This document shows, in pieces, positions 1 to 10,000 of a stretch of DNA of 64,000 nucleotides. Position 1 is the stretch's first letter. Each line of letters begins with the position of its first letter. The translations under genes were made by a program, and so were the position numbers. The notes under the pieces were generated by a model, which saw only the letters and a list, made by a program, of their open reading frames with translations, was not told the origin of the DNA and ran no database searches. Location of the stretch: assembly GCA_963808235.1 (NCBI GenBank), contig CAWEEQ010000004.1, positions 1,216,001-1,280,000 on the forward strand. The letters are read 5' to 3'. The stretch is from an uncultured delta proteobacterium (GTDB lineage: Bacteria; Desulfobacterota; Binatia; Binatales; Binataceae).

Positions 1-1129
1 CGACGCGGCCCATCTCGGATGCTTTTTCCTCGAACACATCCACCGGCACGAACTCGCCGGAGTCGCCGCCCGCCTGCGCGGTGATGCTTTCCTCCATGAG
101 CGTGCCGGAGAAATCGTTGCACCCCGCTTTGAGCGTGAGCGCCGCGAGATCGACGCCGGATTTCACCCACGAAGTTTGGATGTTGTCGATCTGCCCGCGC
201 AGGAACAGCCGCGAGAATGCGTACATCTGGAAATCGAGTGCACCGCGCTCGGTCGGAGAAACCAGGCCCTTGCGGTAAAGCACGGTGTTCTGATGGATGA
301 AGCGCAGCGGCACGAATTCGGTGAAGCCGTGGGTTTGTTTCTGGATGGTGCGGAGCAAGTCGAGATGATTGACGACGTGGCGCGGCGTCTCGACATGGCC
401 GTACATCACGGTGGAAGTGGTAGGCACGCCGAGTGAGTGCGCGGTGGTGATGATCTCAACCCATGCGGCGACGTCGACTTTCTTGTGGCTCAAGATCTCG
501 CGCACGCCGTCGTCGAGGATTTCTGCCGCGGTGCCGGGAATCGACCCGAGGCCATGATCGCGGAGCATCGCGATGTACTCCGGATAATCCATGCGGACCC
601 GGTTCGCGCCATACATTATTTCCATCGGCGAGAATGCGTGGATGTGAATCTCGGGAAACGCGCGCTTCATCGCGACCAGCAGGTCACGATACTTGAACGG
701 CGGCATGTCCGGATTGATGCCGCCCTGCATGCATATTTCGGTGGCGCCGCGCGCGACTGCGTCGGCGACTTTGGCGACGATCGTTTCATCGGAATGATCG
801 TAGGCGTCGGATTCCCAGCGCTGACGCTTGAACCCGCAGAACTGGCATCCGACGAAACAGATATTGGTGAAGTTGATATTGCGATTGACGACGTAGGTGA
901 CTTCGTTGCCGACGTCCTCGGCGCGCGCGAGGTCGGCGCATTTGACGGTCGCGCGCAGGTCGTCGCCTTCAGAGGTGTAGAGCAGCAATCCTTCTTCGGG
1001 CGTCAATTCTTTTTTCTCGAGGCTGCGCACCAGCGCATTCCGCACGGAAGCATCCGCCTTGCCGAGCAGGACATCCACGGGCGTGGCTTCGATTTCGTCG
1101 ACGTAGTTACGCCAAAATTCCAGGTTCAC
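1..1129 (-). CDS. cofH: FO synthase subunit CofH (radical SAM), runs off the left edge
   Basis: Absent from the ORF track and translated by hand from GTG at 1129: MNLEFWRNYV...VTYVVNRNINFTNICFVGCQFCGF (CxxxCxxC), ATEICMQGG, HIHAFSPME, GSIPGTAAEIL, TSTVMYGH, NDFSGTLMEESIT. Overlaps the cofG stop (GTGA). Confidence 0.9.
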   Translation of the reverse strand, partial: MNLEFWRNYVDEIEATPVDVLLGKADASVRNALVRSLEKKELTPEEGLLLYTSEGDDLRATVKCADLARAEDVGNEVTYVVNRNINFTNICFVGCQFCGFKRQRWESDAYDHSDETIVAKVADAVARGATEICMQGGINPDMPPFKYRDLLVAMKRAFPEIHIHAFSPMEIMYGANRVRMDYPEYIAMLRDHGLGSIPGTAAEILDDGVREILSHKKVDVAAWVEIITTAHSLGVPTTSTVMYGHVETPRHVVNHLDLLRTIQKQTHGFTEFVPLRFIHQNTVLYRKGLVSPTERGALDFQMYAFSRLFLRGQIDNIQTSWVKSGVDLAALTLKAGCNDFSGTLMEESITAQAGGDSGEFVPVDVFEEKASEMGRV

Positions 1130-2337
1130 GCTTGGCCTCCGACGGGCTCGATGGCAGCCTGCATCGTGCGCACACGCGGCGCGATCGCAGGGTCGAGCCA
1201 TTCATCATCGATGTATTCAGGATAAATTGCGAGCCTTTCTATAAGCCTGAAATCGGCTCGCGCACATCGCTCTCCGAGTTTCTCCAGATGCGGCCACGGC
1301 GCCTCGGGATTGACATAGTCCTTGCTGAGCGGCGAAATGCCGCCCCAGTCGTTGATTCCCGCTTTCAGAAACAACTCGATCTGACGGGGCGACAAATTTG
1401 GCGGCGCCTGCACGTTCATCGAGGGACCGAGCACCAGGCGTGCGGTCGCAATCGCGCGCGCCATGTCGTTAGCGTCGGGCTCGGGCGCATCGGCCATCGC
1501 AATCTCAGGCTTCGCGCGGAAATTCTGAATGATCACTTCCTGGATGTGCCCGTAGCGCTCATGACTATCGCGAATCGCGGTGAGACTCAGCGCACGCTCG
1601 GCCAGAGTTTCGCCGATTCCAATCAGGATTCCAGTCGTGAACGGAATCCGAAGCGCGCCGGCGTCATCTATCATCTTGAAACGCAGCGCAGGGTCCTTGT
1701 CGGGCGCCGCCTGATGAACTCCGCCGCGCGCGCGGAGCCGCGGTGATATGTTCTCGAGCATCAGGCCCATGCTTGCGTTGAGCGGCCGCAGCGCTCGCAT
1801 CTCATCTGTCGTCATTAGGCCCGCGTTGGTATGAGGCAGCAGACCTTCGGCGAGCGCGATCTCGCATGCGCGGCCGACGTACTCGATCGTGGTGCGCATG
1901 CCGAGCGTCGCGAGCGTCTCGCGATATGTTTTGAATGCGACTTCGGGCTTGTCGCCGAGGCACATCAGCGCTTCTTTGCATCCGAGTTCGGCACCGCGCC
2001 GCGACCATTCGGCAATCTCGTCCGGCATCATCGTCCATGCGCCAGGATCGCCCGGGTCCTTGCGGAAGGTGCAGTAGGTGCATCGATCGCGGCAGAGATT
2101 TGTGACCGGCAGAAAAACTTTACGCGAGTAGGTGACGTCGCGGCGTGGATGACCGCGGTCGCGGAGTTCGGCGGCGGCAGACAGCATCGCGTCGAGGTCG
2201 GCGTCGGGGGATTCGATGAGAGCGATCGCGTTGGCGTCGGTAAGGCGCGCGCCAGCGAGCGCCGAATCGAGGATCTCGCGGATTGGCGCGCGTTCGCGCG
2301 CGTCGGTCGCAGAGGTTGGATGCGCGGACGCCATCAT
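1126..2337 (-). CDS. cofG: 7,8-didemethyl-8-hydroxy-5-deazariboflavin (FO) synthase subunit CofG
   Basis: VTYSRKVFLPVTNLCRDRCTYCTF radical SAM motif; LLPHTNAG, SMGLMLE, HIQEVIIQNFRAK, VQAPPNL, GINDWGGISP, DYVNPEAPWP are CofG hallmarks; adjacent to cofH. Confidence 0.93.
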   Translation of the reverse strand: MMASAHPTSATDARERAPIREILDSALAGARLTDANAIALIESPDADLDAMLSAAAELRDRGHPRRDVTYSRKVFLPVTNLCRDRCTYCTFRKDPGDPGAWTMMPDEIAEWSRRGAELGCKEALMCLGDKPEVAFKTYRETLATLGMRTTIEYVGRACEIALAEGLLPHTNAGLMTTDEMRALRPLNASMGLMLENISPRLRARGGVHQAAPDKDPALRFKMIDDAGALRIPFTTGILIGIGETLAERALSLTAIRDSHERYGHIQEVIIQNFRAKPEIAMADAPEPDANDMARAIATARLVLGPSMNVQAPPNLSPRQIELFLKAGINDWGGISPLSKDYVNPEAPWPHLEKLGERCARADFRLIERLAIYPEYIDDEWLDPAIAPRVRTMQAAIEPVGGQA

Positions 2338-2397
2338 TTGCGGTTATAAGCCATCGGGAGTGCGCGAGGCAACCTTAGTTGCAAAATAAGACTGGCC

Positions 2398-3720
2398 TTA
2401 ACCCTTGGCTCCTTCGAGGGAAGCGGGAGTGCAGAGCGGGCTGACTTCATCGATGAAAAAGATTGCATCGGCTTGTTCCGCGACTGCCGCGCGTACGCCG
2501 GGTTGTCCGTCCATCCGGATCAGCATTTTAGTATTGAGCAGACGAGGAAGCGGCGAGCCGGTGCTTAGCGGCAGGATCAAAGCCAGCCCGATTTCGCTCA
2601 GAATGGAATTCAGCGAACCGGCGACCGGCTTGATGTCGCAGGTGCAGAACGAAAACGGCTGGCAATCGCGGCCGCGGTTGCAGAGCATCCATATCGAGTA
2701 GACCTGCGCCGGCATCATGCGGTTCAGGAACGTTCCGAGCGCTGGGACGCGTCCGCCGCCCGGACCCGCGCCGAAGTTTCGCTTGATGCGGTCATAGGCT
2801 TTTGCGAGATGCAGGTTGTGACTCATCAGCACGGTCTTGGAATCGGTACCGAACTCGGCAAGCCTCGCAGTCACGTTGCGATGCATCGTTTCTTCGCGCA
2901 GTCCCATCGCGACGTTTAGCGACGGCCAGTCGAACGCGGGGTATGCGGATTGCGTGTAGTGGAAACTGTCGCGGAGTGCTTGTGCGAATCGGACGATATT
3001 GGTAGCGCGCGCTGGCCCTATGAGGCGCGAGAGCGTTGCGAGTTGCGCATCGATCAATTGGATAGCGCGGTCGAGTCGCACGACTTCGTCAACGCGGGTC
3101 TCATCGGGCACTCGCGTAAGAGTGGCGAGAATTTTTGCTGTGGATTCGTTCGTAGCCGCTGGTGCCAACATCTCGGCGAGATCTTCGTAACCAGCGCCAG
3201 GAAGCGCGTCGATATCGAAACCGAAGAACTTGATTCCCGATGAATGAGCGGTTGCGATATCGCGCAAGGCGCGTGCAAACGATTTCTGCTCGGCGGCGAA
3301 GACATCCAAGGGAAAGGCGGTGAAGGAATCCTTCAGCAGCCCGGTCGCCGAATCGTCGCGATCGGTCCGAATCCCGCCTTTGTATCCATATATAGGTGCG
3401 CGATCGAGATGGCTCGAATCGCCGGTCTCGAGAAAATGGTTGATTCGATAGCCGTCGACGACGCCCATCTCCTCGCCGATGTGGTTCCATCCGCGCGAGA
3501 CCAGGTAGCGGAGCATCAGCAATCGATAGTCATATTTCTCGTGGATGAAATGGTCCGGCTCGCCCAGGTAGACGATTCGCTTGTTCGTGAGTGATGAGTC
3601 GAGCGCGGCGAGGCGCGCGAGGTTGTGATCGGTTTGAAGCGGAAGATCGAGCCGTATTGCGTGCTCCGACGCCCACGTTTTGAGTTCGTTCGTTGCTCGG
3701 TCGTTGGAGAATAGAGGCAT
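2398..3720 (-). CDS. erythromycin esterase (Ere) family protein
   Basis: IVYLGEPDH (GExxH), FFGFDI, REETM and SHNLHL (HNxH) motifs; start taken at ATG 3720, alternative TTG 3747. Confidence 0.75.
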   Translation of the reverse strand: MPLFSNDRATNELKTWASEHAIRLDLPLQTDHNLARLAALDSSLTNKRIVYLGEPDHFIHEKYDYRLLMLRYLVSRGWNHIGEEMGVVDGYRINHFLETGDSSHLDRAPIYGYKGGIRTDRDDSATGLLKDSFTAFPLDVFAAEQKSFARALRDIATAHSSGIKFFGFDIDALPGAGYEDLAEMLAPAATNESTAKILATLTRVPDETRVDEVVRLDRAIQLIDAQLATLSRLIGPARATNIVRFAQALRDSFHYTQSAYPAFDWPSLNVAMGLREETMHRNVTARLAEFGTDSKTVLMSHNLHLAKAYDRIKRNFGAGPGGGRVPALGTFLNRMMPAQVYSIWMLCNRGRDCQPFSFCTCDIKPVAGSLNSILSEIGLALILPLSTGSPLPRLLNTKMLIRMDGQPGVRAAVAEQADAIFFIDEVSPLCTPASLEGAKG

Positions 3721-3838
3721 GGCGAGATCTTCGTCTCCGAGAGACAATGGCGATTCGGCTCGCAGCGTACCACAATCTTAAATCGCCTAACCCCTTCCCA
3801 TGTGAGAAGGGGAACGACATCAGGATAGAGAAGACGGG

Positions 3839-4801
3839 ATGAAGACCAACGACTACGAAAATATTTGGCGACGTGCGAGTGCGTCGGGTGCACCGCTTGT
3901 GCATACCTACTCAATCGTCGCGCGTGATTCGGAGACCGGGCAATTTGGGGTTGCGGTGCAGTCACATTATTTTGCGGTGGGTGCGGGCGTCACGTGGGCG
4001 GAGGCCGGCGTGGGCGCGGTCGCGACGCAAGCTTATGGAGATCCGTCGTACGGAAAACTCGGGCTAGACTTGATGCGTGCGGGCAAGAGCGCGCCTGACG
4101 CTCTTGCGGGTCTGCTCGCGGCCGATTCGCTCCGGGAAGTTCGCCAGGTTGCGATGGTCGATAGTCAGGGCCGGGTTGCCGCGCACACCGGCTCGATCAC
4201 GATTCCCGAAGCGGGGCATACCGTGGGCGACGGATTTTCCGTGCAGGCCAACATGATGCTCAGGAACTCGGTGTGGCCGGCGATGGCCGAGGCGTATCGT
4301 GCCAGCAAGGGTGAGCTGGTCGATCGGTTGCTCGCGGCACTCGATGCGGCCGAGGCCGAAGGAGGTGATATTCGCGGACGACAATCGGCCGCGATTCTAA
4401 TCGTCGAAGGGAAGAGCAGTGGTCGTCCCTGGATCGATAACGTCTTCGATCTTCGTGTAGATGACGCGCCCGAGCCGCTCACGGAGATTCGCCGCCTGGT
4501 GTCGATTCGGCGCGCGTACATTCATCAGCGCCGAGCCGCCGATGCGGCTGAGCGCGCCGACCTGGAGACCATGGAGCGCGAGTACGCGGCGGCGGAGCGT
4601 CTGGTCGGCGAAAATCCAGAGATGCGATACTGGCATGCGATCGCGCTGCTGATGCTCGGCAAAATTGACGATGGAATCGCGATGCTCGGTGAAATCGGGG
4701 CGCGTGATCGCAACTGGATCGAGCTCACGCTGCGGCTCCCCGCGATGAGGCGTCTCAGTGATTCCACGATCACCGAAAGAATCAGGAAGCTGCTGAAATA
4801 G
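3839..4801 (+). CDS. DUF1028 family Ntn-hydrolase-like protein with C-terminal TPR-like helices
   Basis: HTYSIVARD...GVAVQS, GVGAVATQA, RQVAMVD, SVQANMM, GGDIRGRQSAA, DLRVDD motifs. Confidence 0.85.
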   Translation: MKTNDYENIWRRASASGAPLVHTYSIVARDSETGQFGVAVQSHYFAVGAGVTWAEAGVGAVATQAYGDPSYGKLGLDLMRAGKSAPDALAGLLAADSLREVRQVAMVDSQGRVAAHTGSITIPEAGHTVGDGFSVQANMMLRNSVWPAMAEAYRASKGELVDRLLAALDAAEAEGGDIRGRQSAAILIVEGKSSGRPWIDNVFDLRVDDAPEPLTEIRRLVSIRRAYIHQRRAADAAERADLETMEREYAAAERLVGENPEMRYWHAIALLMLGKIDDGIAMLGEIGARDRNWIELTLRLPAMRRLSDSTITERIRKLLK

Positions 4802-4889
4802 CTGTCGCATCGGCGACATAAACGTTTTGCCCCGCTCCCTCGCGCGAGTTAGTCTAAGTTCGATATACGCCGAGACCGGAGTACACCAG

Positions 4890-5942
4890 ATGCCTGAAGC
4901 CAATGTCGCGCGCGGTTCCGCCGAGCCCGCTCCAAGAGGCGAGTACGAACTGCAACTCTACTACTGGATGAAGTTGATTCGCGCGTTCGAAGAACGCGTC
5001 TCGCGGTTGCATCGGCAGAACAAAATCCTGGGCGGCGTTTATTCCGGCGCCGGGCAGGAGGCTATCGTCACTGGAATCTGCGCGCCTCTGCATGACGGCG
5101 ACTTCGTTGCGCCACTGCATCGCGACATGGGCGTGTTCATCATGCGCGGCGTCGATCCCGGACGCCTGATGGCGCAACTGATGGGCAAGGAGACGGGACT
5201 GTCGCGCGGCAAGGACTCGTTCCTGCACGGCGGCGATCTCGAGCACGGGGTTTTTGGATCGACCTCGATGCTTGGCTCGTCGCTGCCGGTCGCGGTCGGC
5301 GCGGCGTTAAAGTTCAAGATGAAGAAGAATCCGAACGTCGCGGTCGCGTTTTTCGGCGAGGGAGCGGCGTCGCGCGGCGACGTGCATGAGGCGATGAATT
5401 TTGCCGGCGTGCACAAGCTCCCGGTCGTCTTCGTCTGCGAGAATAATCGCTACGCGTATTCGACGCCGCTCGAAAAGCAGATGGCGATTGAAGACGTCGC
5501 GGATCGCGCGGTGGCGTATGGATTCAAGGGCCACGTTTGCTCGGGCAACGATCTCCTCGCGGTGCTGGACTTGAGCGAACGGATGATCGCGCGGACTCGG
5601 GCGGGCGAGGGCCCGGTGCTGATCGAATGCAAGACGTACCGTTATCGGGGGCATAGCGAGCACGACGCTGCGCTCTACCGCGACAATGAAGAGCTGATCG
5701 AATGGCAGAGCCGCGACCCGATCCCACGCTTCGAGTTTTATCTCGAAAAGAAAGGTCACGATATCAAGCGGGTTCGCGAGCAGATTGACGAGCGCACGAA
5801 CAAGGAAGTGCAGGCTGCGGTGGATTTCGCGGAAGCGAGCCCGCTTCCAGAACCTCAAGAAGCACTTGAAGATATTTATGGGCCGCCGACCGCTCCGCTC
5901 ACACCCAACTCGACGACTTCTTCGTCCAACGGGAACCGCTAG
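4890..5942 (+). CDS. 2-oxoacid (pyruvate/branched-chain) dehydrogenase E1 alpha subunit
   Basis: GQEA, HRD, ThDP-binding FFGEGA...HEAMNFA...ENN, TYRYRGHSEHD; ATG at 4890. Confidence 0.9.
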   Translation: MPEANVARGSAEPAPRGEYELQLYYWMKLIRAFEERVSRLHRQNKILGGVYSGAGQEAIVTGICAPLHDGDFVAPLHRDMGVFIMRGVDPGRLMAQLMGKETGLSRGKDSFLHGGDLEHGVFGSTSMLGSSLPVAVGAALKFKMKKNPNVAVAFFGEGAASRGDVHEAMNFAGVHKLPVVFVCENNRYAYSTPLEKQMAIEDVADRAVAYGFKGHVCSGNDLLAVLDLSERMIARTRAGEGPVLIECKTYRYRGHSEHDAALYRDNEELIEWQSRDPIPRFEFYLEKKGHDIKRVREQIDERTNKEVQAAVDFAEASPLPEPQEALEDIYGPPTAPLTPNSTTSSSNGNR

Positions 5943-5947
5943 CCCGG

Positions 5948-6928
5948 ATGGAATCCACCTACATTAAAGCCATTAACTCGGCGCTGCATGAAGAGATGCG
6001 CCGGGACGAAAACGTTTTCGTGATGGGCGAAGACGTCGCGGACCTGGGCGGCGCGTTCAAAGCGACCGAAGGGCTGCTCGACGCGTTCGGTGAGGAGCGC
6101 GTGATCGATACGCCGATTTCGGAGGCGCTGATCGTCGGTGCGGGAATCGGCGCGGCGGTGCTCGGGATGCGCCCGGTGGTCGAGATGCAGTTCGCGGATT
6201 TTATCGCGTGCGCATTCGATCAGATCGTAAACATGGCGGCGACCCTTCGCTACCGGCATGGCGGGAAAGCGAGTTGCCCGCTGGTGATTCGCGCGCCGTC
6301 GGGCGCGGGCGTCCACGGTGCGCTGTTCCATTCGCAAAACCCCGAGGCGTGGTTCACCCGAGTGCCGGGGCTGAAGGTCGTCGCGCCGGCGACTGCGTAC
6401 GACGCGAAAGGAATTCTGAAAAGTGCGATTCGCGACGGAAACCCGGTTGTGTACTTCGAACACAAGCGGCTCTATCGAAGCCTCAAGGAAGACATTCCCG
6501 AGGGCGATTTCACGGTGCCGATTGGTGTCGCGGAGATTCGCAAGGAAGGCGGCGATCTTTCGATAATTACGTACGGCGGGACGCTCAGCCAGTCTCTCGA
6601 TGCGGCGCGAATCGTGGAGAAGGAAGACGGGCTCGCAGTCGAGGTGCTCGATTTGCGCACGCTGCTGCCGCTCGATCGCGAGGCGATCCTTGCAACCGCG
6701 CGCAAAACCGGCAAGGTGCTGGTGGTGCATGAAGATCGGCTGACGGGCGGAATCGGCGGCGAGGTCTCGGCGATTATCAACGAGCATGCGTTCGAATATC
6801 TCGATGGCCCCGTGCGCCGCGTGGCGGCCCTGGATGCGCACGTGGCGTTCAGCACGCCGCTCGAACAATTTATTTTGCCGAGCACCGACAAAATCGTGGA
6901 CGCAATCCGGAGCCTCGCGGCGTATTGA
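5948..6928 (+). CDS. 2-oxoacid dehydrogenase E1 beta subunit
   Basis: MGEDV, RVIDTPISE, EMQFADF, HSQNPEAWF, GLKVVAP, DLRTLLPLD. Confidence 0.92.
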   Translation: MESTYIKAINSALHEEMRRDENVFVMGEDVADLGGAFKATEGLLDAFGEERVIDTPISEALIVGAGIGAAVLGMRPVVEMQFADFIACAFDQIVNMAATLRYRHGGKASCPLVIRAPSGAGVHGALFHSQNPEAWFTRVPGLKVVAPATAYDAKGILKSAIRDGNPVVYFEHKRLYRSLKEDIPEGDFTVPIGVAEIRKEGGDLSIITYGGTLSQSLDAARIVEKEDGLAVEVLDLRTLLPLDREAILATARKTGKVLVVHEDRLTGGIGGEVSAIINEHAFEYLDGPVRRVAALDAHVAFSTPLEQFILPSTDKIVDAIRSLAAY

Positions 6929-6929
6929 A

Positions 6930-8330
6930 ATGGCTATAGATGTAACCATGCCGCAGATGGGCGAGAGTGTCGTCGAAGGCACCATCGCGAAATGGCTGGT
7001 CAAGGAAGGCGATGTCGTCGTCGAGGACCAGCCGCTCGTCGAAATTTCGACCGACAAAGTTGATACCGAAATCCCGTCTCCCGGCGCGGGTCGAATCTCG
7101 AAAATCGTGACGGTCGAGGGGCAGACCGTTCCCGTCGGCGCAACGCTCGCGGTGATCGAGCCCGCCGGCGCGGAAGCTCCTGCGAAGCTGAAAGTTGTAA
7201 CGCCGAAATCTGCGCCGAGGCCGGAGCCGGTGGAGGAAAAATCAGCGGCGCGGCCGAGTCCGCCGCCGAAGCCCGCATCCGCGCCGGCGCCGGCCGTGCA
7301 GGTCTCTGCGAGCACACAAGCCGTCGCGCACGAAGAGGAATCTGCGGCTGGCGGATCGCGTCGGTTTTCTCCAGTCGTGCTGAAGATGGCCGCTGACGAA
7401 GGAATCGATTTGAGTCGCGTACCGGGAACTGGAATCGGTGGGCGGGTCAGCAAGCGCGACTTGCAGCGCTATCTCGAGACGTTGCGCGAGGGCCATGCCG
7501 CAACAGGTGCGCCGTCTCATCCTGCCAACGGTGCCGCCCAGGTTGCGTCACGTCCAGCGCCAACGCTCGCGGCGCCGACGCCAACTCTGTCGGGACCGGG
7601 CTTTCGGCCGCCCGTATATCAGCCGGTCGAGGGCGATATCGTCGAGCCGTTCACTCGACGGCGCAAGCTAATCGCCGAGCACATGGTTTTTTCCAAGACG
7701 CACTCGCCGCATGTCGGCACGGTCGCCGAGGTGGACGTGACGCGCGCGATGCGGCTGCGTGAGGCGCACAAGGACGAGTTCGCGCGCCGCGAAGGTTTCA
7801 GTCTGACCTTCCTGCCGATTGCGGCAGCGGCGACGGTTCGCGCGCTCAAGGAATTTCCACGGATGAACGCATCGGTGGTCGGCGACTCGGTGGTGACCCG
7901 GCGCGCGATCAATCTTGGAATCGCGATGGACACCGAAGACGGCCTGCTGGTCCCGGTGCTCAAGGCGGCGGAAGGAATGTCGGTGGTTGGAATTGCGCGC
8001 GAGATCGAAAATCTGCGCCGCAAAGTCGCCGAGAAGAAAATCACCGCCGACGATCTCGCCGGCGGCAGCTTCACGCTCTCCAATCCGGGACGTGAGGGCA
8101 ACCTCTACGGCTTCGCGATCATCAACCAGCCGCAAGTCGGTATTTTGCGGATGGGCGAAGTGAAAAAGCGCACGGTGGTCGTCGAGGTCGATGGCGCCGA
8201 CGCAATCGCGATTCGCACCATGATGTATCTGGCGCTCTCGTACGATCATCGCGTCGTCGACGGAGTGCTCGGCAACCGCTTCCTCTATCGCACCGCGCGA
8301 ATCCTCGAAGAAGCCGACTTCGAATTGTAG
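6930..8330 (+). CDS. dihydrolipoamide acyltransferase (E2)
   Basis: One lipoyl domain (EISTDKVDTEIPSP), Pro/Ala linker, E3-binding domain (GTGIGGRVSKRD), catalytic SYDHRVVDG; ATG at 6930. Confidence 0.92.
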   Translation: MAIDVTMPQMGESVVEGTIAKWLVKEGDVVVEDQPLVEISTDKVDTEIPSPGAGRISKIVTVEGQTVPVGATLAVIEPAGAEAPAKLKVVTPKSAPRPEPVEEKSAARPSPPPKPASAPAPAVQVSASTQAVAHEEESAAGGSRRFSPVVLKMAADEGIDLSRVPGTGIGGRVSKRDLQRYLETLREGHAATGAPSHPANGAAQVASRPAPTLAAPTPTLSGPGFRPPVYQPVEGDIVEPFTRRRKLIAEHMVFSKTHSPHVGTVAEVDVTRAMRLREAHKDEFARREGFSLTFLPIAAAATVRALKEFPRMNASVVGDSVVTRRAINLGIAMDTEDGLLVPVLKAAEGMSVVGIAREIENLRRKVAEKKITADDLAGGSFTLSNPGREGNLYGFAIINQPQVGILRMGEVKKRTVVVEVDGADAIAIRTMMYLALSYDHRVVDGVLGNRFLYRTARILEEADFEL

Positions 8331-8342
8331 ACGAGGCCGCGC

Positions 8343-9008
8343 TCAGGCGGGATGCGTGCTGTTCCGGGCGCGCAATTGTTGCACCATGTTCGCGATCTCG
8401 CGGCTCAAGTCGCCGACCGTGCGGCTGAGAGCTGCCGCAGCGCCCGCGGTATCGCCCACTTTGTAAGGCTGACTCAGGTTGGATTCGGCAGTGTAAAGGA
8501 TGTCCTTGCCGTCGCTGTCGCGCACCGTCCACTTTGCGGAGAGTTGCACGTTTCCCTGCGCGTCTGCTTCGAAACGGTAGACCTCAATCTGAACCTGCAG
8601 ATCGATATGCGCCGTGTTGTACCACGGGAAGACGACTATTTGCTGAGTCCCCATCTGCGCGGCGAGATCGCGGTTCAGCACGCTGATGAAATTATTTTGC
8701 AGCGACTCGCCCCATCGCTCGCTCTTCGAGAGATCGAGTCGGTTTGCCGCCGAGCGCGTCACCACTTCCTGGCGATCGAGATAGGGCGGCAGCTTAACCG
8801 GCCCAAGTCCTAGCGTGAAATCGCCGCTAGAGCTTTGCGACGCGGCGGGCGGGGCCGATGTCGCGTCTGCCGCAGGAGTGAGGATATAAAACTTCGTGAC
8901 GTCCTCTTGCGGGGCGAGAATCGTTCTGGCGATCGCGGAGCATCCCGCCAGCATTATCGCGATCGCACAGGCCGCACAGGTTTTCACAATCCGTCGGGTC
9001 GAGGTCAT
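8343..9008 (-). CDS. PqiC-like ABC-transport auxiliary lipoprotein
   Basis: Lipobox LAGC; LGLGPVKLPPYLDR, RWGESL, V.RFE motifs; last gene of the Mla/Pqi-type operon. Confidence 0.85.
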   Translation of the reverse strand: MTSTRRIVKTCAACAIAIMLAGCSAIARTILAPQEDVTKFYILTPAADATSAPPAASQSSSGDFTLGLGPVKLPPYLDRQEVVTRSAANRLDLSKSERWGESLQNNFISVLNRDLAAQMGTQQIVVFPWYNTAHIDLQVQIEVYRFEADAQGNVQLSAKWTVRDSDGKDILYTAESNLSQPYKVGDTAGAAAALSRTVGDLSREIANMVQQLRARNSTHPA

Positions 9009-9016
9009 CGTTAGTC

Positions 9017-10000
9017 CTAATCGTGGTCCTGGCTGAAGTCGCGCCCGCGAACGATCGCGCTCGGGTTGCGTTGCAGATAGTCCGCCAGCTCCTTGATCGA
9101 GCGCGCGGCCGCGGAGACGTCCTGGAGCGTTTGCACCACCTGGTAGTTTACCGGTGAGCCGGGCTCGATCGTGGTCTGCACAGTGCCGAGTGTTACTGTT
9201 GCCTGCTTCACGGCGGCGTCGGCGGCGACAGAGGTCTTTTGCAAACTGCTCGACAGCGGCTTGATTTGCGTGTCGAGGGTGTCCAGCGTTTGACGGGCGC
9301 TTCCGAGCGTTTGCGTTAACTGCTCGCGAGTTTTCTCGGACTTGGCGAGCGCCACCTTGAGTTCCGGCGTGGTAGCCAGGATGTTGATCGAATCCAGCGT
9401 CGTGGTCATCTGGCTAACCACTTTGTCAAAGTCCACTTTGTCCAGCCGCTCGAAAATTCGGATTGCCACCGCCTGCGCCTGTTCGAGCGTGGTCGGTATC
9501 GCGGGGATTTCCTGCAGCGGAGAACCCGGCGGCGCCACCATCTGGATGCGCGTGTTCGGCTCGATGTCGAGCGCCACGTACATCAGGCCGGTCACAAAAC
9601 TGTCCGAGCCCAGTTGCGCGCGCAATCCTTCCTTGATCAGGTTGGGAACCGTGTGCGGATCGTTCAAGTCGATCGCGGTGCCACCATGAGCCACGATTTT
9701 CTCTTCATCGAGTTCGATGATCACCGGGATGCGGACGTCGGCCTTCAGGGTGCCGTTTTGCCGGTTCACGTCCTGGTCCAGGCGCAGGCGAATCTTCTTG
9801 ACCTGTCCGATTTCAACGCCTTTGAATTTGACCGGCGCTCCGATGTGCAACCCGTTGATGTCGCCGCCAAAATAGATCACGAATTCGTGCGTCTTGCGGA
9901 ACATGTTCCCGGACCCGAAGATCACAACCGCGGTCGTGACCAGGCCGATGGCTCCGAGCACGAATGCGCCTACCAACGCTGGATTGACTCGCTTACCCAT
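9017..10000 (-). CDS. MlaD/MCE domain protein with helical C-terminus
   Basis: N-terminal TM (ALVGAFVLGAI), GLHIGAPVKFKGVEIGQV, GLRAQL...VTG, YLQRNPSAIVRG; ATG at 10000 after GAGAGGAG. Confidence 0.88.
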   Translation of the reverse strand: MGKRVNPALVGAFVLGAIGLVTTAVVIFGSGNMFRKTHEFVIYFGGDINGLHIGAPVKFKGVEIGQVKKIRLRLDQDVNRQNGTLKADVRIPVIIELDEEKIVAHGGTAIDLNDPHTVPNLIKEGLRAQLGSDSFVTGLMYVALDIEPNTRIQMVAPPGSPLQEIPAIPTTLEQAQAVAIRIFERLDKVDFDKVVSQMTTTLDSINILATTPELKVALAKSEKTREQLTQTLGSARQTLDTLDTQIKPLSSSLQKTSVAADAAVKQATVTLGTVQTTIEPGSPVNYQVVQTLQDVSAAARSIKELADYLQRNPSAIVRGRDFSQDHD

